This document shows, piece by piece, positions 1-13,309 of a stretch of DNA of 64,000 nucleotides. The notes under the pieces are model-generated. The model ran no database searches, was not told the DNA's origin, and saw only the letters and a list, made by a program, of their open reading frames with translations. Origin of the DNA: Narcine bancroftii (lineage: Eukaryota); assembly GCF_036971445.1 (NCBI RefSeq), contig NC_091473.1, positions 236,344,001 through 236,408,000 on the forward strand. The letters are read 5' to 3'. The position numbers were made by a program, and so were the translations under genes. Every line of letters begins with the position of its first letter. Position 1 is the stretch's first letter.

Positions 1-299
1 ATTGTGAATATTAGTGTTAACTTTCTCTGTCCAAGGTAGGATTAATTTCTATTGTACAATATTTTCATTTGCTGCAGATGCCAAATCATTTTGAATGGTA
101 AAATCACAGTCTCACAACAATCTCTTAAGCATTAACTGAACAGAAGTATAAATGAAAAATATATCATTTGAAAACCAATCTTGTAGATTTCGTGTTTTGC
201 TGTATTTTGACTGTTTTATATTTAATTTCTTTAAATAAGCACAACCAATGCATGATTTTTAAGAAAATTAAGAGTTATGGTTAGGAATGTTGGAAATTC

Positions 300-880
300 A
301 CTGAAGATCAATCATTTTTTTACTCCACCTACCCGTCTTTTCCCCATATCCCTTAATTCTCCTACTTTGTAAAAAATCTATCCAACCTTGTCTTACATAT
401 ATTCATTGAGGTCGCCTCCACTACTTTAATGGGCAGCGAATTCCATAGATTCACCACCCTCTGGGAAAAGCAGTTCCTCCTCATCTCTCATCTAAATCTA
501 GTACCCTCGATCTTGAGGCTATTTCCCTTACTTCTTGTCTTCCCCATCATTGAGAACAGCCTACCTACTTCAATCTTATCTATGCCTTTCATAATTTAGC
601 CCATATTCCTCAGAACCTTTCCTATCTGTGTCCACATTAAAATATCTTTTATACATTGCAATTTTTCCCAATTCTACCACTTCTTCTAGCAGCTTGTTCC
701 ATATACCCACCACCCCGTGTGGAATATCTGCCCCTCACATTCCCTTTAAATCTTTCCTCTCTTACCTTCTACCATTCCCCTCTAGTTTTGGACTCTCCTA
801 CTGGGGAAAAATGCTGTGACTATCCACCTTATCTATGCCCCTCATGGTTTTATAAATCTCCATAAGATCGCCGCTCAGCT
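300..880 (-). mobile_element. CR1-type LINE 3' fragments (two adjacent)
   Basis: Similar to the 3' end of the 58213-60045 CR1 (TCCCCATATCCC, TTCCTCCTCATCTC, CTATCTATGCCCCTCAT). Confidence 0.7.
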
Positions 881-1637
881 TCCTTGTGACTTCTGGAGCC
901 CACATATAAATGTAAGTGCTTGGTCAAGAAATTCACAATGACTGATACACTTGGAAGTATTCCTCATAAAGTTAAATGCATGTATGAGGTAGAACATTAT
1001 TTTGAATGTGTGAGAGGTGAAAATATAATGATAAATGGAAACTAGGATAACATTAATTAACAAGTTAGGGAACACAGACAACATAAGGAATCAATTAAAT
1101 TAATTGCAGCCATTTCTAAATGCTAAAACTAGAAATGGAATAGCTAAATGATTATATTGAAATTTCTTATGAATTTGGATTATAAACTTTTTAAAAGTGT
1201 TGCGAATGTATATCACAGAACCTTCTTGGAAAACTTTTATTAACTTAATTATTTCTGCTGCCAAAAATCAAAGTTTTACTGACATATCAGAAACTGATAG
1301 GAAAATAGTCGTCTCACAGGAGATTATATCATTCAGTTTTAATGTAGCAATACAAAAGGCATTTAGGAAAATATGAACATGCAAATGCATTTGTAAAAAC
1401 ACCTAAAATGATGTTGCTCATCAATAAATACAGGAAGCATTTGAAAAGAACCGAGTGGCTGAGGCATTTATTATGCCAATTAAGCAAATACAAATAGATA
1501 ACCTCCTATGAGCAGCTGCTCATTTTTTTTCCACATTTCAGTCAATTTAGTAGCCTTTGTATGCAAGGTACATGATACATGATGTATTTGTTATGTTAAA
1601 ATGCATTCATGATCTCCTTGTATAATCATCTATATGA

Positions 1638-1848
1638 GTGGCATGGTTAGTGTAGTGGTTACTGCAATGCCATTACAGTGGCCTGGATTTGAATCTGGTG
1701 CTGTCTGTAAGGAGTTTGCACGTTTCCCCATGTCTATGTGGATTTCTTCTAGATGCTCCGGTTTCCTCCCACCCTATTGGATGTTGTTGGGTGGAATGGG
1801 CTCATGGGCCAAAAGAGCCTGTTACCGTGCTGTATATCTAAATTTTAA
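1638..1848 (+). mobile_element. tRNA-derived SINE
   Basis: A-box-like TGGTTAGTGTAGTGG, B-box-like GGATTTGAATC and body CTGTAAGGAGTTTGYACGTT; related copies at about 18280-18425(-), 38165-38325(-), 60510-60665(+) and 60670-60870(-). Confidence 0.8.
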
Positions 1849-3639
1849 AATAATTACATTTATTGCAAAGGTGTATACTGAAAGACTGTTCCCCCATGTA
1901 TTAGGTTCTTCTCTGCTCTATTTTATCTATTTTCCAACTTATTTTTTACTTTTCATGTCTAACATTAAACATGGATAAAATTTATACTTTACCTTAAAAT
2001 CCTGTCTCAGGCAACCTTGAAGTCCATTGCTTAAAGTATTTATGGAATTTGCCCATGATCTTTACATAAGTAAAAATATGACAAACAGGGTTTGAAAATG
2101 CAATTTAGAACATGAAATTTTCAATTGCAATTGAAATAATTTCAATAATTATGATTAATGATTTCTTTGGTACTTTTGTCTTTTGAGTCTTTTAAAAAAA
2201 GAAAATGTCAAAGTTTATTTAATAACAATACTAGCAGATTCAACTTTATTTCAGTTAAACAGCAATTACTTAGAAATTAAATTGTACCCTTATATGTATT
2301 ATAAATATTTATTCTTTTCATGTACAAAGCAAATGCAGAATGTCAAATGTGTTCATTGATGTTCAGAAGCTGTTAACAACAGGCAATTATTTGAAATAAA
2401 AAAGTCATCAGTATGTTTACAATCAACATCATTTGGATTAAGAATATCATTTTCATCCCCCTTTCCCTCAAATGACATTAGAAGTAGAATTAGAATTATT
2501 TAGTGTCAAGTAAGACCTGTGACCTCAAATCACTGCTATTACATCCCAGATCAATGAGTCTCTTAAAGGCTACCTAGGGTAGTTGTTTATAGTTTTCATC
2601 TGTCCTAATTTCACCTAACATGGTGGTTCAACGGCACAAAATTTGACTTGTGTGTAACTAATAACAAATATGCAGGTCCATTAAATTGCAACCAAAATGT
2701 ATATATTACTCTGTAGTTTTCAGCTAGAAATATTTTACAATTCGAAGGTGAGGATCTTTGTCTGAAAATTATTAATAGTTTAAAGCAATGTTAGGGTGTT
2801 TCTTTTCAGATGAGATTGAATAGAAGACATTAAAGCATTATTGAATGGGCAAGATAAGTGGTCTAACTCTGCTCTAACATATAGTTTAAGATGAGGAGGG
2901 GAAGTTTAAAGGAGCGGGGCAAGTTTTTTATTCTAAACACAGAATGGTAGGTGTCAGGAATGGGCTGTCAGATGTAGTGGTGGAAGCAGATTCAGTCGCA
3001 GCATAAAAGGGTTTCTAGATAGATACATGAATACGCAAGGAATAAAAGGATATGTATCATGTAGCAGTTTTAGTTTGACTTGGACAGCATCTTCGGTACA
3101 GGCACGTAGGTCAAAGAGCCTGTTCCTGTGCAATACTATTCTATATTCTAGATATTTTTCCTCCATTATCTACTTATACAGATTGTCTCATGTCTGCTTA
3201 TGCACTTTGCCGTGCATGTGGTTTAAGATAGTTGTCTATATTACAGCTGTTACTGTACTTTCAATCATTTGAAAGAAAAGAACTTGGGAGAACTCAGACA
3301 CTAATGACAGTAACATTCTTCGATATGAGGGGAATCAAAGGATATAACGTTAGTGCAGGAAAGTAATGCTGAGTTAAAAAGTCAGCCATGATCTTATTTA
3401 ATAGAATGAGCATAAAAGGCTATAACCATATCCTGATTTTATTTCTCATGTTCTTATGAAAATTACTATATAGTTGAAAGCCCTTGGATATCTTGGTCAT
3501 AAGCAACAAATATCATAATTACCACATTGTGTTGTTTAAAAGAAAACACCAAAGTAGATAACTACTTTGCCCTAACATTGCTTGAACTACTATTTTTAGT
3601 GACATGATTAGTCCTACTCAGCATGGGAAATGATGCTAG

Positions 3640-4740
3640 GCAAATCTAGAATTTTTTGAGGATGTAACCAGAAGATTGGACAATGATGCACAAGAGATTG
3701 GTGTGCAAGATTAGAGAATACGGCCCAGGAGGTAATGTAGTGATATGGCTGGAAAAAGACTTGGCAGGCAGGAACTAGAGAGTGGTGATAAGTGGGTCAT
3801 TTTTAGATTGGTAGGCAGTTACTAGTGCAATGCATCAAGGGTCAGTCCTGGGATCCCAGTTAATTATATATTGGTCATCTAGATGAGGGAATTGTCTGTA
3901 ATACCTTTAAATTTGCAGATGACACTAAACTCGTTGGCATTGTGAGCTAAAGAAAGATTCCAAGGGGCTATAGGGTGATTTGGACAGAGTAAGAGAATGG
4001 GCAAATGTATGGCAGGTGCTGTATAATGAAGATAATTGTGAGGTTATCTACTTTGGTGGCAATAATAGGAAGGCAGCTTATGATCTGAATATTGAGAAAT
4101 TAGGATAAGGGGAGGTGCAATGAGCCCTAGGTGTTATGGAGTGTCAGTCATTGAAGTTTGGCATGTTGGCCCTAATTGTGAGAGGTTTCGAATGTAGAAG
4201 CAAGGGTTTATAAAGGACCTTGATAAGGCCATATCTTAATTATTGTGTCCTTATCTGAGAAACAGCTTTCTTGCTATTGAAGGACTGCAGCAAATGTTCA
4301 CCTTGGGATGGCAGAACTGAAGGATGAAGAAAAGTCAATGGAATTTAGAAGAATGAGGGGAGATCTCATTGTTGAGACATAAAATTCTGACAGGACAAGA
4401 CAGGTTAGAAGTAGGAAGAATGTTCCTGATGGTGGGGGTCCCGAACAAGGGGTCACTGACTAAGGATAAGGGATAAGCCATTTAAGACTGAGATGAGGAG
4501 AAATGTTTTCACTTAGAGAGTCATAAATTTGTGGAAGTTCCTGTGAGAGAAAGCTGTTGAGGCCAATTTATTAGGCATATTCAAAGCTGAGTTGGATGTA
4601 GCCCTAGTGGCTAAAAGAATTAGTTGATATGGAGGAAAACAGGAACTGAAAATGTATGATCAGCCCTGATTGGTCTGAATGATGAAGCTAGACACAAAGG
4701 GCTGAATGGCCTTCTCTTGTTCCTATTTTCAATATTTCTA
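3640..4740 (+). mobile_element. Degraded CR1 LINE 3' portion
   Basis: Decayed QGSVLG and KFADDTKL coding segments (3835-3935) and a CR1 3' end; many stops. Confidence 0.85.
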
Positions 4741-7700
4741 CGTTTACTCTATAGCACATCAAATGCAAATGATACCTTGGATACTGCAGTAACATATAGA
4801 TCAAAAAGATCTCATACTTCCTGAATGGTTAATTAATCACATGGGATAATAAGAGTAGCAGATGGTACAATCTAGTGATTAGCATTAATAGGATCTTGAA
4901 GCTCAGAGAAAGGTATTACAATTCATTGCGACAACTTCACTGAGGATTTTAGTAACAGAAGGCAAACGGAACTGCAGTATTAGGCTATTTAATAGCTATC
5001 CACAGTATATTAAATGTTGGATGAACCTTCCACATATGTATGGACAAAGTAGGCACTTACAAAAAATTAGAAAGACAACCATCTAACAAAATATATGTGT
5101 GATAAAACTTAAAAGAAGACAAGGCAGGCAAAATCACACACATATTCTTTCTTAATTTAGGCTTGAAAACAAAGGTCATGTTAGTATTTAAACAGTTTTA
5201 TTTCATGATGCATACAAATCCAGATGGGGCATCACAGGGATTAGAAAAGATTCAAGTGAGTCTTTTTGAGTACTTAACTATAGACCCCTCTGTTGAAATG
5301 TATTTACTTCAAGAACCAGTTTATTGTCAGAGAAGTAATCAGTTAAAGTGGTTATAAATCATATCTTATTGGATACTGAAGAATAATTTTTAAAAATTAC
5401 TCTTAAACATTTAAAGAAGTAATTCTGGGCTATTTCATATTGTATATTCGTTTATATAACCAACAGCGATGCTTATTTCCAGATCTAATAAATGTTCAGT
5501 ACTTTCTTCATCATTTTTATATTTTATTTTTGTTTTTTTCTCCAAAAATTATACATAGTGACATTTTAAATACACAATATATTAAACTTTTTCTCACAAC
5601 ACAACAAACAAAAACAAAATAGTCCCACCCTCCCACCTCCCCTTGAATACATACAGATCCGTTCACCATCAGAGCTTACATATATTTTAATTATATAGAG
5701 TACAGTTGTGAAAATTACATTTTTATAGATGTAAGATAGTTACTGTTATACCATTTTTTGTTTCTTTTTATTACTGTATCTGGGCTCCTATGTGGTTCAG
5801 GTACGGCTGCCAGACCTTTCCAAATGTTTCATATTTATTCTTTATATGTGATTTTTTTTCCCCACAGGTATACTGCTGTTCATTTCCGCAGTCCATCATA
5901 CTATAAGTAGAGGGGAGTTGGACTTCCAAATATTTTCTTCATTTAACACAATTCCTTATGGTATCTGCCATTTGGTTAAAGTATGAATGTGAAAAATTTG
6001 CTAACAATTTCACATTTTATATATATATGATATAATTGCCGAACAAGAACAAAAAAAGTTATTTCATAAATGTTTTCATGAGAATGATGACTTATATATT
6101 GCCCAAAAATTTTGTGCAAGAAGAAATTGAAAAGGTTAATTAGTTTTGAATAGATGAAGGATCATGGGCATTCACTCTTGGTATTTTGGGGTTCTGAATT
6201 GTGATGTGAAGTTTAATAAGATTTCTGATGGAATGAAGCAAAACATCAAATGTTTGCTTCTTTTACATTGTAGCACATCCAAAATAATTTCAAAGGAATG
6301 CTATCAAGACACATTATGACCAAGCCACAAAGGAAGATGTAAAAAATGGTTCGGAAGATAAATTTTAAGAAACATTTTAGAGAAGGGAGATTTTAAGATG
6401 TGGAGGTTTACAGAGAAGGAGCTCTATAGCTTGGAATCAATAGAAGTGTGATTAAAATCAGGAAATTGCAAAATGGCAGAGCTTAAAGGAATTGCAGCAA
6501 ACTACAGAGAAAGAGAGGGGAGACCCTCTGGTGGAATATGAGGTAAATAGGCTAGAAATTCGGAAGTAATATGTTATATAGGACTAGATGTTAATATTCC
6601 TTATTGCACTCCTGACACCTGCTGCCTAGACTCTGCGGGGTAGCCAAGTGAGTGGTGGTATCTTCTCCCTCCTTCCTATGTATTAGACCCATAGCACCTC
6701 TGGAGCGTCCAGCAGTGAATCCTGGCATCACCGAGTCAGTGTCAAAGTGGTCAATGTTAAGGCCTCAGATATCTGAATGCCTTCTATTTAAAAAATCGTT
6801 ATGTATAAAAATGTTTTTTTTTTCCCCTGTAAAACATCTTAGAACTTGTTAAGGTTAAAAAAAAGTTCTTCCTTGTATATACTCTCATAAAAATAATTTA
6901 ATAACCATTTTTATAATACTTATTTATGCCCATTTCTTGGCATATTTATTGAAAGATATTCCAAAAGTGGATTCTAAATATTTTCATGCTGGTTAAATAT
7001 TGAATAATATTTCAAAGCAGCTTTCAATATTTTTCTTATTTTCCCAATCCCAGCCATGTAAATTTATGAATCAATGCATTGAAATTACCATTTCCTGAAA
7101 TCCTTGTCAATGCATCGTTTTGTTCCCTGAACTCAAGCATCTCACCAGTTCATGATTCTTGTTTTCAAATTCACCCCTAATCTCAACATATACTGTCCCC
7201 CTCCTCACCATCTGTACCAATAGTGACAAATTATTGCTCTTTTTTTAACCATTGCTATACTCTTAAATATCAGCATTTCAGACATTATTCCCTATACTTT
7301 GGAACCCTCTGCCAAAATTATGCTGGTGTTAATTCTTTAGCTTCATTTTAAATATCTTAAAATCTCTTCAACTAATTATTGAGTCAGCCATCCCAATCCA
7401 TTCCTGACTTATATTCGGAATCCAATAAATCTATTGTAAATCATTCTGAAGCATCCTTCCTTATGATAGATACTGTAAATAATGGCATAATATAAATAGC
7501 AAATTCTTGTCATTGTTGATCTTGAAATTGCTTGCTCAAGATTAACAGTGTTATCCTTGGTATAATTGACAGTGACTGATACCATTTATTGTTGATTAAA
7601 TCTCATCTTGGCTTTAAATTAAATCCTGTTTAGAGGGAATAATATGAATCTCTTTAGAAGATAAAGACACCATTAAACTATATGGTCATTCAAAGGGCAT

Positions 7701-8109
7701 TAGATTTAAATGTGGCTACCTCAGTTCCCTACCCTTTATATTCATTTCTTCCTCAAAGGTGTATTATGGCTGAGTGTGTACTGCGTTCAAATGCATGGAA
7801 GTTACTAACTGAGGCTATTCTGACAGCCTCTACCACAAAGAAGGGCAAGAGCAGTAGGCATATGGAAACACCACATCTTGCTATATCCCCTCAATATCAA
7901 AGATCATCCTGAATTGAAACACTTTTTGAATTGAACTGAATATGATTTGGAAATACGTTGTAGTTTCTAGATTGTTGTGGGTCAAATTCCTTGAATTTCA
8001 TATCCAACAGCGTGGTGGGATTACATTTACTTGACAGACAGGATATTTATTCACCATCATATTCTCAAGGGCAGTTAAGGATGGGTAATAACTGCTGAAA
8101 ATAGAATAA

Positions 8110-8210
8110 GAATTTCAGAATGCAGGCACGTACTGACGGAATTTTTAAAAATTTATATGGAATTTCAGAATGCAAGCATGTCCTGTCGGAATTTTTAAAA
8201 AATTTATATT
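8110..8210 (+). repeat. ~50-bp diverged tandem duplication
   Basis: AATTTCAGAATGCARGCAYGT.CTG.CGGAATTTTTAAAAATTTATAT occurs twice. Confidence 0.8.
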
Positions 8211-8553
8211 TTTTGATAAGAAAACAATTTTAAAAATATATAGAAGAAAATTACTAGTAAATGAAAATAAGATACCACACAATCTGAAAACTGTAAGATG
8301 TATGTAAATCCAGAGTGTAGAGGATTGTAGTATGGACAAATGCCATAGAAGAGTATGAACTGATGCCATAGAAGAGTGTGCTTTTGAACTTGAGACAGTA
8401 GAAAATATGGAGACCATGACAAATCTTGATGCGTGTAGTACCATCATGCAGGAAAGGAAGGCCAACAGTTTCTAGGTCATCGGAATTCGTATTGAACTGA
8501 GATAAGGTGTAGAAGTACATTTTCAGTATTTGGGTCATTATCAAAACTTCAAT

Positions 8554-8893
8554 AGGCTTTTTCAGGTGCTTTCTATGCTATGAATGTGCCTGAAGAAGCA
8601 GAAGTGGCCCTTTAAATTCCCGTTCAGTTGGCAGCTTTTAAAGCACAACACTGGCCACCTGAAGGACACAGCTGCACAGGATGCAGCTCTGAGCACATTC
8701 GGCTCCTGTCCAGTGTCAGCTGCATTCAGGTGGCTGGGGGAGCCACTGAGCTGAGCTGATCATCTCTCTCAGAGAAGGGTTACATAGCTCGCCTCAAGAG
8801 TGCCTCCTGCACATTCAGGTGTCCTCAAAACAGCCGCATATTACCTAAACATGTGGCTTTACATGCGGGGCAATTGGCTACCTGAAAGTGCCT
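8554..8893. mobile_element. Non-autonomous DNA transposon (MITE, possibly PIF/Harbinger-like)
   Basis: Imperfect terminal inverted repeats AGGCTTTTTCAGGT / ACCTGAAAGTGCCT, flanked by AAT on both sides; locally GC-richer. Confidence 0.4.
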
Positions 8894-9807
8894 AATGATT
8901 AAATGATTCAACACATCTTTACTCATAGTTACGCAGCAGCTAAATTGCATAGTTTAATCACAGATGCCCAGTAACTAACTCAAGAGGCTGAGGCTGAGTC
9001 ATTGATCTACAGGCTTTTATTCACAACTGACAGAGACTTCACCCATGCTGTGACCCGGGCTTTCTGGGGAAAGGTCAAGGTACAGTCAAGAAACAGGGCA
9101 GAGCCAGGTGGTCAGGAATACAGCAGTTCACCACAGACTGTTTTACAATGAAAATGATTATTTCTACGTATCAAACTGCTGCAAGGAATACAACTTGCAA
9201 AGTTAAATTAGTTGAGGAGATGTTTCTGAGCTCAGAGAAATAAAAGTCTCTTAAATTAACCACCACCAAAGGCTGCTGAGGTCTGAGTTGCTGAATATAC
9301 TTAAGCAGAAGATAGATAAATTTCAAGCTACACAGACATTGAAGGATATAAGGAGAAAGCAGGAACATGATAGTGGAATTGAGATTAAACATATTCTAAA
9401 TTCTTTGCGATAACATTGTTAATGCAGAAAGGATCAAATTCAACTTTTTGGATGTGATTTTTGTGGAGATATCAATTGTATTAACTTTCTCTTTCTGCAG
9501 TGGAGATATTTATCTTGTATATGCATTGAATATAGAATATGGAACATAGAATATTATGGGATAGTACAGGCCTATGATGTTATGCTGACCTACCCTCAAA
9601 AAAAAAGTTCTTCCTACCTCATTACCCTTTCATCCAAACATCTCTCAAATGCCCCTATTGTTCCAGCCACCAGCACCATCCCTGCCAACACATTCCATGC
9701 ACCCACAACTCCCTGTGTGAAAAAAACTTGCCCCTGCTGTCTGCCTGAAATCTTCCTCCATTCACTGTTATGAGAGATCTGAGCTTTCCGTTACCATGGT
9801 GAAAAAT

Positions 9808-10560
9808 CAAAAGTCTGCAGACACTGTGATTGTTACAAAAATGCAGAAATGCTGGAACAACTCAGCAGGTCTTTCAGCACTCATAGGAGGTAAAGATATA
9901 TATAACCGATGTTTCAGGCCTGATACCTTCTTCAAGAATATACCAGACAGGCTCCTAAATTGAAAGAAAGGGCACCGGGGTGGAGTACAGACCAATGGAC
10001 AAATTAGGTATGGAGAGGAGACCAGGGGAGAGGAAAGGTGGGAATAGATTGGTTGAGGGTGTCAGAGTTTGGCTCTTGAATGCAGAGCTGGGGTAAAGGA
10101 GGCAAATGAAAAAGGGAATACAGAGACAGAGCTAGAGGAAAGGAGACATATTGAAAGATAGGAGGAGGTCTAATGGGAATTGGAGAAGTCTATTTTAATG
10201 CCATCCAGTTGGAGGGTGCCCAGATGGAATATGAGGTGTTGATCCTCAAATTTGCAGGTGGTCTCAGTCTGGCAGTGCACGAGAGCATGGACAGACATGT
10301 CAGCAAGGGAATGGGAAGGGGAATTGAAACGGGTGGCCATTGTGAGGTCACCATTTTTGCAGTGGGCTGAGCCGAGGCGTTCAACCAAGTGATCTCCCAG
10401 TCTGCCCCAGTCTCTCCGCCGTAAAGGATGTCGCAAAGGGAGCATCAGATGCAGTCGATGACCCTGCAGATTCACAAGTGTTTCACTTGTACGGACTAAT
10501 TGAGGCCCCAAATGGTGGTGAGGGATGATGTGTGGAACATCTCCTGCAGTCACAGGTGTG
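9808..10560 (-). mobile_element. Penelope-like element 3' fragment
   Basis: Translation ...CKFEDQHLIFHLGTLQLDGIKIDFS, read as the C-terminus of a GIY-YIG PLE ORF, followed by a pyrimidine-rich tract and a terminal repeat with a hammerhead-like core. Confidence 0.7.
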
Positions 10561-11584
10561 CCCTTGGCATCTAAACCTTTGACCACGGGAGGTGCTCCCA
10601 TAACACAAATGAGATTGAATGTCTTAATTTGAGAACTTTTTGGCTTTAATATCACAAAGCTGGCAATTTTGTAGTAATTATTTTTATTAATTTATCCCAC
10701 CTGTTCTTGAGGATTACATGCTACATCTACTCTAGCCATAGGCCATGATTGAATTACTGTGCCCATGTTAGCATTTGAAGTGCTACCAAATTTGAGCCAG
10801 TAATGTTTCAATGCTAGTCACTGAGGTGAAGCAATGCTTTCTGTTGTGAATCATAATACATTTTCTTCAAAGAACTAGTAGAGTATTTTAGAAGCTTCTG
10901 ACCTGACCCCGAGGATTCTGTTCATTTCATTTCATTATTACTCTAATATTATTTTAAGGTTGGCTCGGTAGTATTATTAGTCAACTGATGTTCGATTGCT
11001 GTTTTGGTTTATAAATTCAATCACCATTTTACCTGGTTCTACCTTTAACTAACAGGAGCACTGACTTCATTCATCTCAGCACAAACATTATTGCTAACGT
11101 CATTGTAGATACACAATGTCCTTTTCTCTCTAGATAATTTAAATGTTCCTTTAAATTTTATATTTCACATAATTCTTTACACGATTGTTTACTGCCTGTA
11201 TCTCATCCAAGAAGCACTTAAAAAAAGACCATTTGTTGTTTAAGAACAAATTACTCTTTAATTCCATGTTGCCACGATCTATCTGCACGTCTATATTTAA
11301 ATATGTTTTGTTATTGGGACATAGTTGCGTGGTGAATCATGCATATTAAGCGATTCATTTTTCTATGGAGATTTACAGTAAGCTACTCCGAATATTAAGA
11401 ACACCCATAATAGGAATGAACTGGTTTTGGAGATGATATGCCATATGTTTCCATGTTCAAAATGTTGTGTACATCAACTTTCATGAGTATTCAAACCTGC
11501 CAGTGAAAGAAACAATGTAAATAACAGGTGTATTCTTAATTACTGAGATAATTCTACAGTATCAATTTATTGAATGATTACTCC

Positions 11585-11865
11585 CCTTTCTAATCTTTGA
11601 AAGGTCAATCAAAATGAATTGTGCAATTAAGGGGCCTGGTCCTTTTTTTTACTTAAAAGAGACCAAAAATTGGTAAGAGGATATCATGAATTACTTTATT
11701 TAAAACATCTGATTATCAATTAATTATGTGTGTGGTTTTGGGTATGCTTTCCCTGATTGGTCGTTTGAAGATAAATATGTCATTTCGCATGGAGGCACCC
11801 ATGATTTAAATTGTCTTTCGCAAGGCCAAACAGATCAATGTGAGAAAGAAGTTTCAGGATTAGAA
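11585..11865. promoter_or_regulatory. Candidate photoreceptor enhancer upstream of RH2
   Basis: CRX/OTX-type CTAATCT (11590-11596), nuclear-receptor half-site AGGTCA (11602-11607), Ret-1/PCE-1-like CAATTAAG (11624-11631) and a reverse CTAATCC (GGATTAG, 11857-11863), in sequence with no recognisable repeat. Confidence 0.4.
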
Positions 11866-12674
11866 TAAATATTACACTTAAAAATCAACTTCAGCCACTG
11901 ATGTCGGAAATATACTGGATGAAAACAATTAACTGGAAGCATTTTTAAAAAAAATACTTTTGACAAACCAAACGTGATTTCAATAATACATTTAAAATTA
12001 CCATTAATTTGGCATTTTTCATTGATATTTCCAAATATTGAAAAGACAATGTTTGTGCATTTTATTTAAATTTTGTATTCTTTTTGTTGTAGTTTTTCTC
12101 TTTCGTGATTGGAAATGATGATCAGATGGATGATTATTTGAATCAACTAGATTGTTTTCCTTGGGGGTAATTAAATGAATTTCAAATTTGCAGGAAATGG
12201 TTGTTTTTTTTTAGATTTTACTGCAAGTGACTAAAACTAAAATGTCACAAATTATCGCTGCTTATTTTATTATTGGTTTAATGCGAGAATTTGGCCTTTG
12301 TTAATAATTAGATACAACAATATAATAATGCCACCGCTTTAAATTATAATGATCAGGGTACAAGTAATATCAGCAAAAGTTGCTTCAACTAAACAATTCC
12401 CATATCAAATTGGCAAGTTTGAAGTATTAATATTGAATATATTTTCACACGACAAAATATTTATTTGATGTGGCTCTTAAGAAGTGGCAATGCAAAAACA
12501 AAATCAAATGTTTTACTACTGAATAAATGTAAATTTCCATCCTTAAAACCATCCAAAAGAGTGCAATAAGTCAGGTCCTTTGTACGTCAGTCAAAATCCT
12601 CAGATGACGAAGTCTTAAAGAGCTTTACCAGATTTTTTTAAACTATCATTCAATTATACTTACATTCTCACTGC

Positions 12675-12735
12675 CTCTAAATCTTTATTGCCCTTGCCCC
12701 CAATCCTTGGCGCTACTTATCAAGAGTATAAATTC
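12675..12735 (+). promoter_or_regulatory. RH2 core promoter (CCAAT-like and TATA boxes)
   Basis: CCAAT(CC) at 12700-12706 and TATAAA at 12727-12732, about 105 nt upstream of the ATG. Confidence 0.55.
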
Positions 12736-12834
12736 TTGAATTAATGCAGGAGCCAAGAGTGCTGCTTTCCCTTGCCGATTTTCTCAGTGGCTGGGAATTT
12801 CTAACATTTATCTTGCTAGCCTTTTTCGCTGAAG

Positions 12835-13195
12835 ATGAACGGAACGGAAGGAGAAAATTTTTACATCCCATTTTCCAACAAGACGGGAGTAGTTCGGAGT
12901 CCTTTCGAGTACCCTCAATATTACCTGGCTGAACCCTGGAAGTTCTCCATAATTGCTGCCTATATGTTTCTACTGATGGGCATCGGGCTGCCAGTAAATG
13001 GTTTGACACTGGTAGTCACTGTCAAACACAAGAAATTAAGGCATCCCCTCAATTTTATTTTAGTGAACTTGGCAGTGGCCAATCTATTCATGATTCTCTT
13101 TGGGTTTGTGATGACTTTTTACACCGCCTTGCATGGTTACTTCATCCTAGGACCCATCTCCTGTGCTATAGAGGGCTTCTTTGCAACTCTTGGTG
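12835..13195 (+). CDS. RH2: RH2 (rhodopsin-like 2, green/blue cone) opsin, coding exon 1
   Basis: [37 protein letters not shown]...[11 protein letters not shown]; C110 and counter-ion E113 (13171-13173); 361 nt, the canonical RH1/RH2 exon 1 size; donor G|GTGAG at 13196. Confidence 0.96.
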
Positions 13196-13309
13196 GTGAG
13201 TACACTGCAAATGACCCCTGAATTGGAATAAATTTGTTATTATTATTAAATATATCACTAATAGAATACTAATTTTTACGTGCTAACTGAAATTTATTGG
13301 AACTAACTG

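Noticed and set aside
1638-1710. tRNA gene
   Set aside because: A/B boxes are present but there is no cloverleaf, and the sequence continues into a repeated SINE body.
8255-8475. Exon-like acidic stretch (…EECAFELETVENMETMTNLDAC…)
   Set aside because: In-frame stops, a local 23-bp duplication, no convincing splice sites and no recognisable family.
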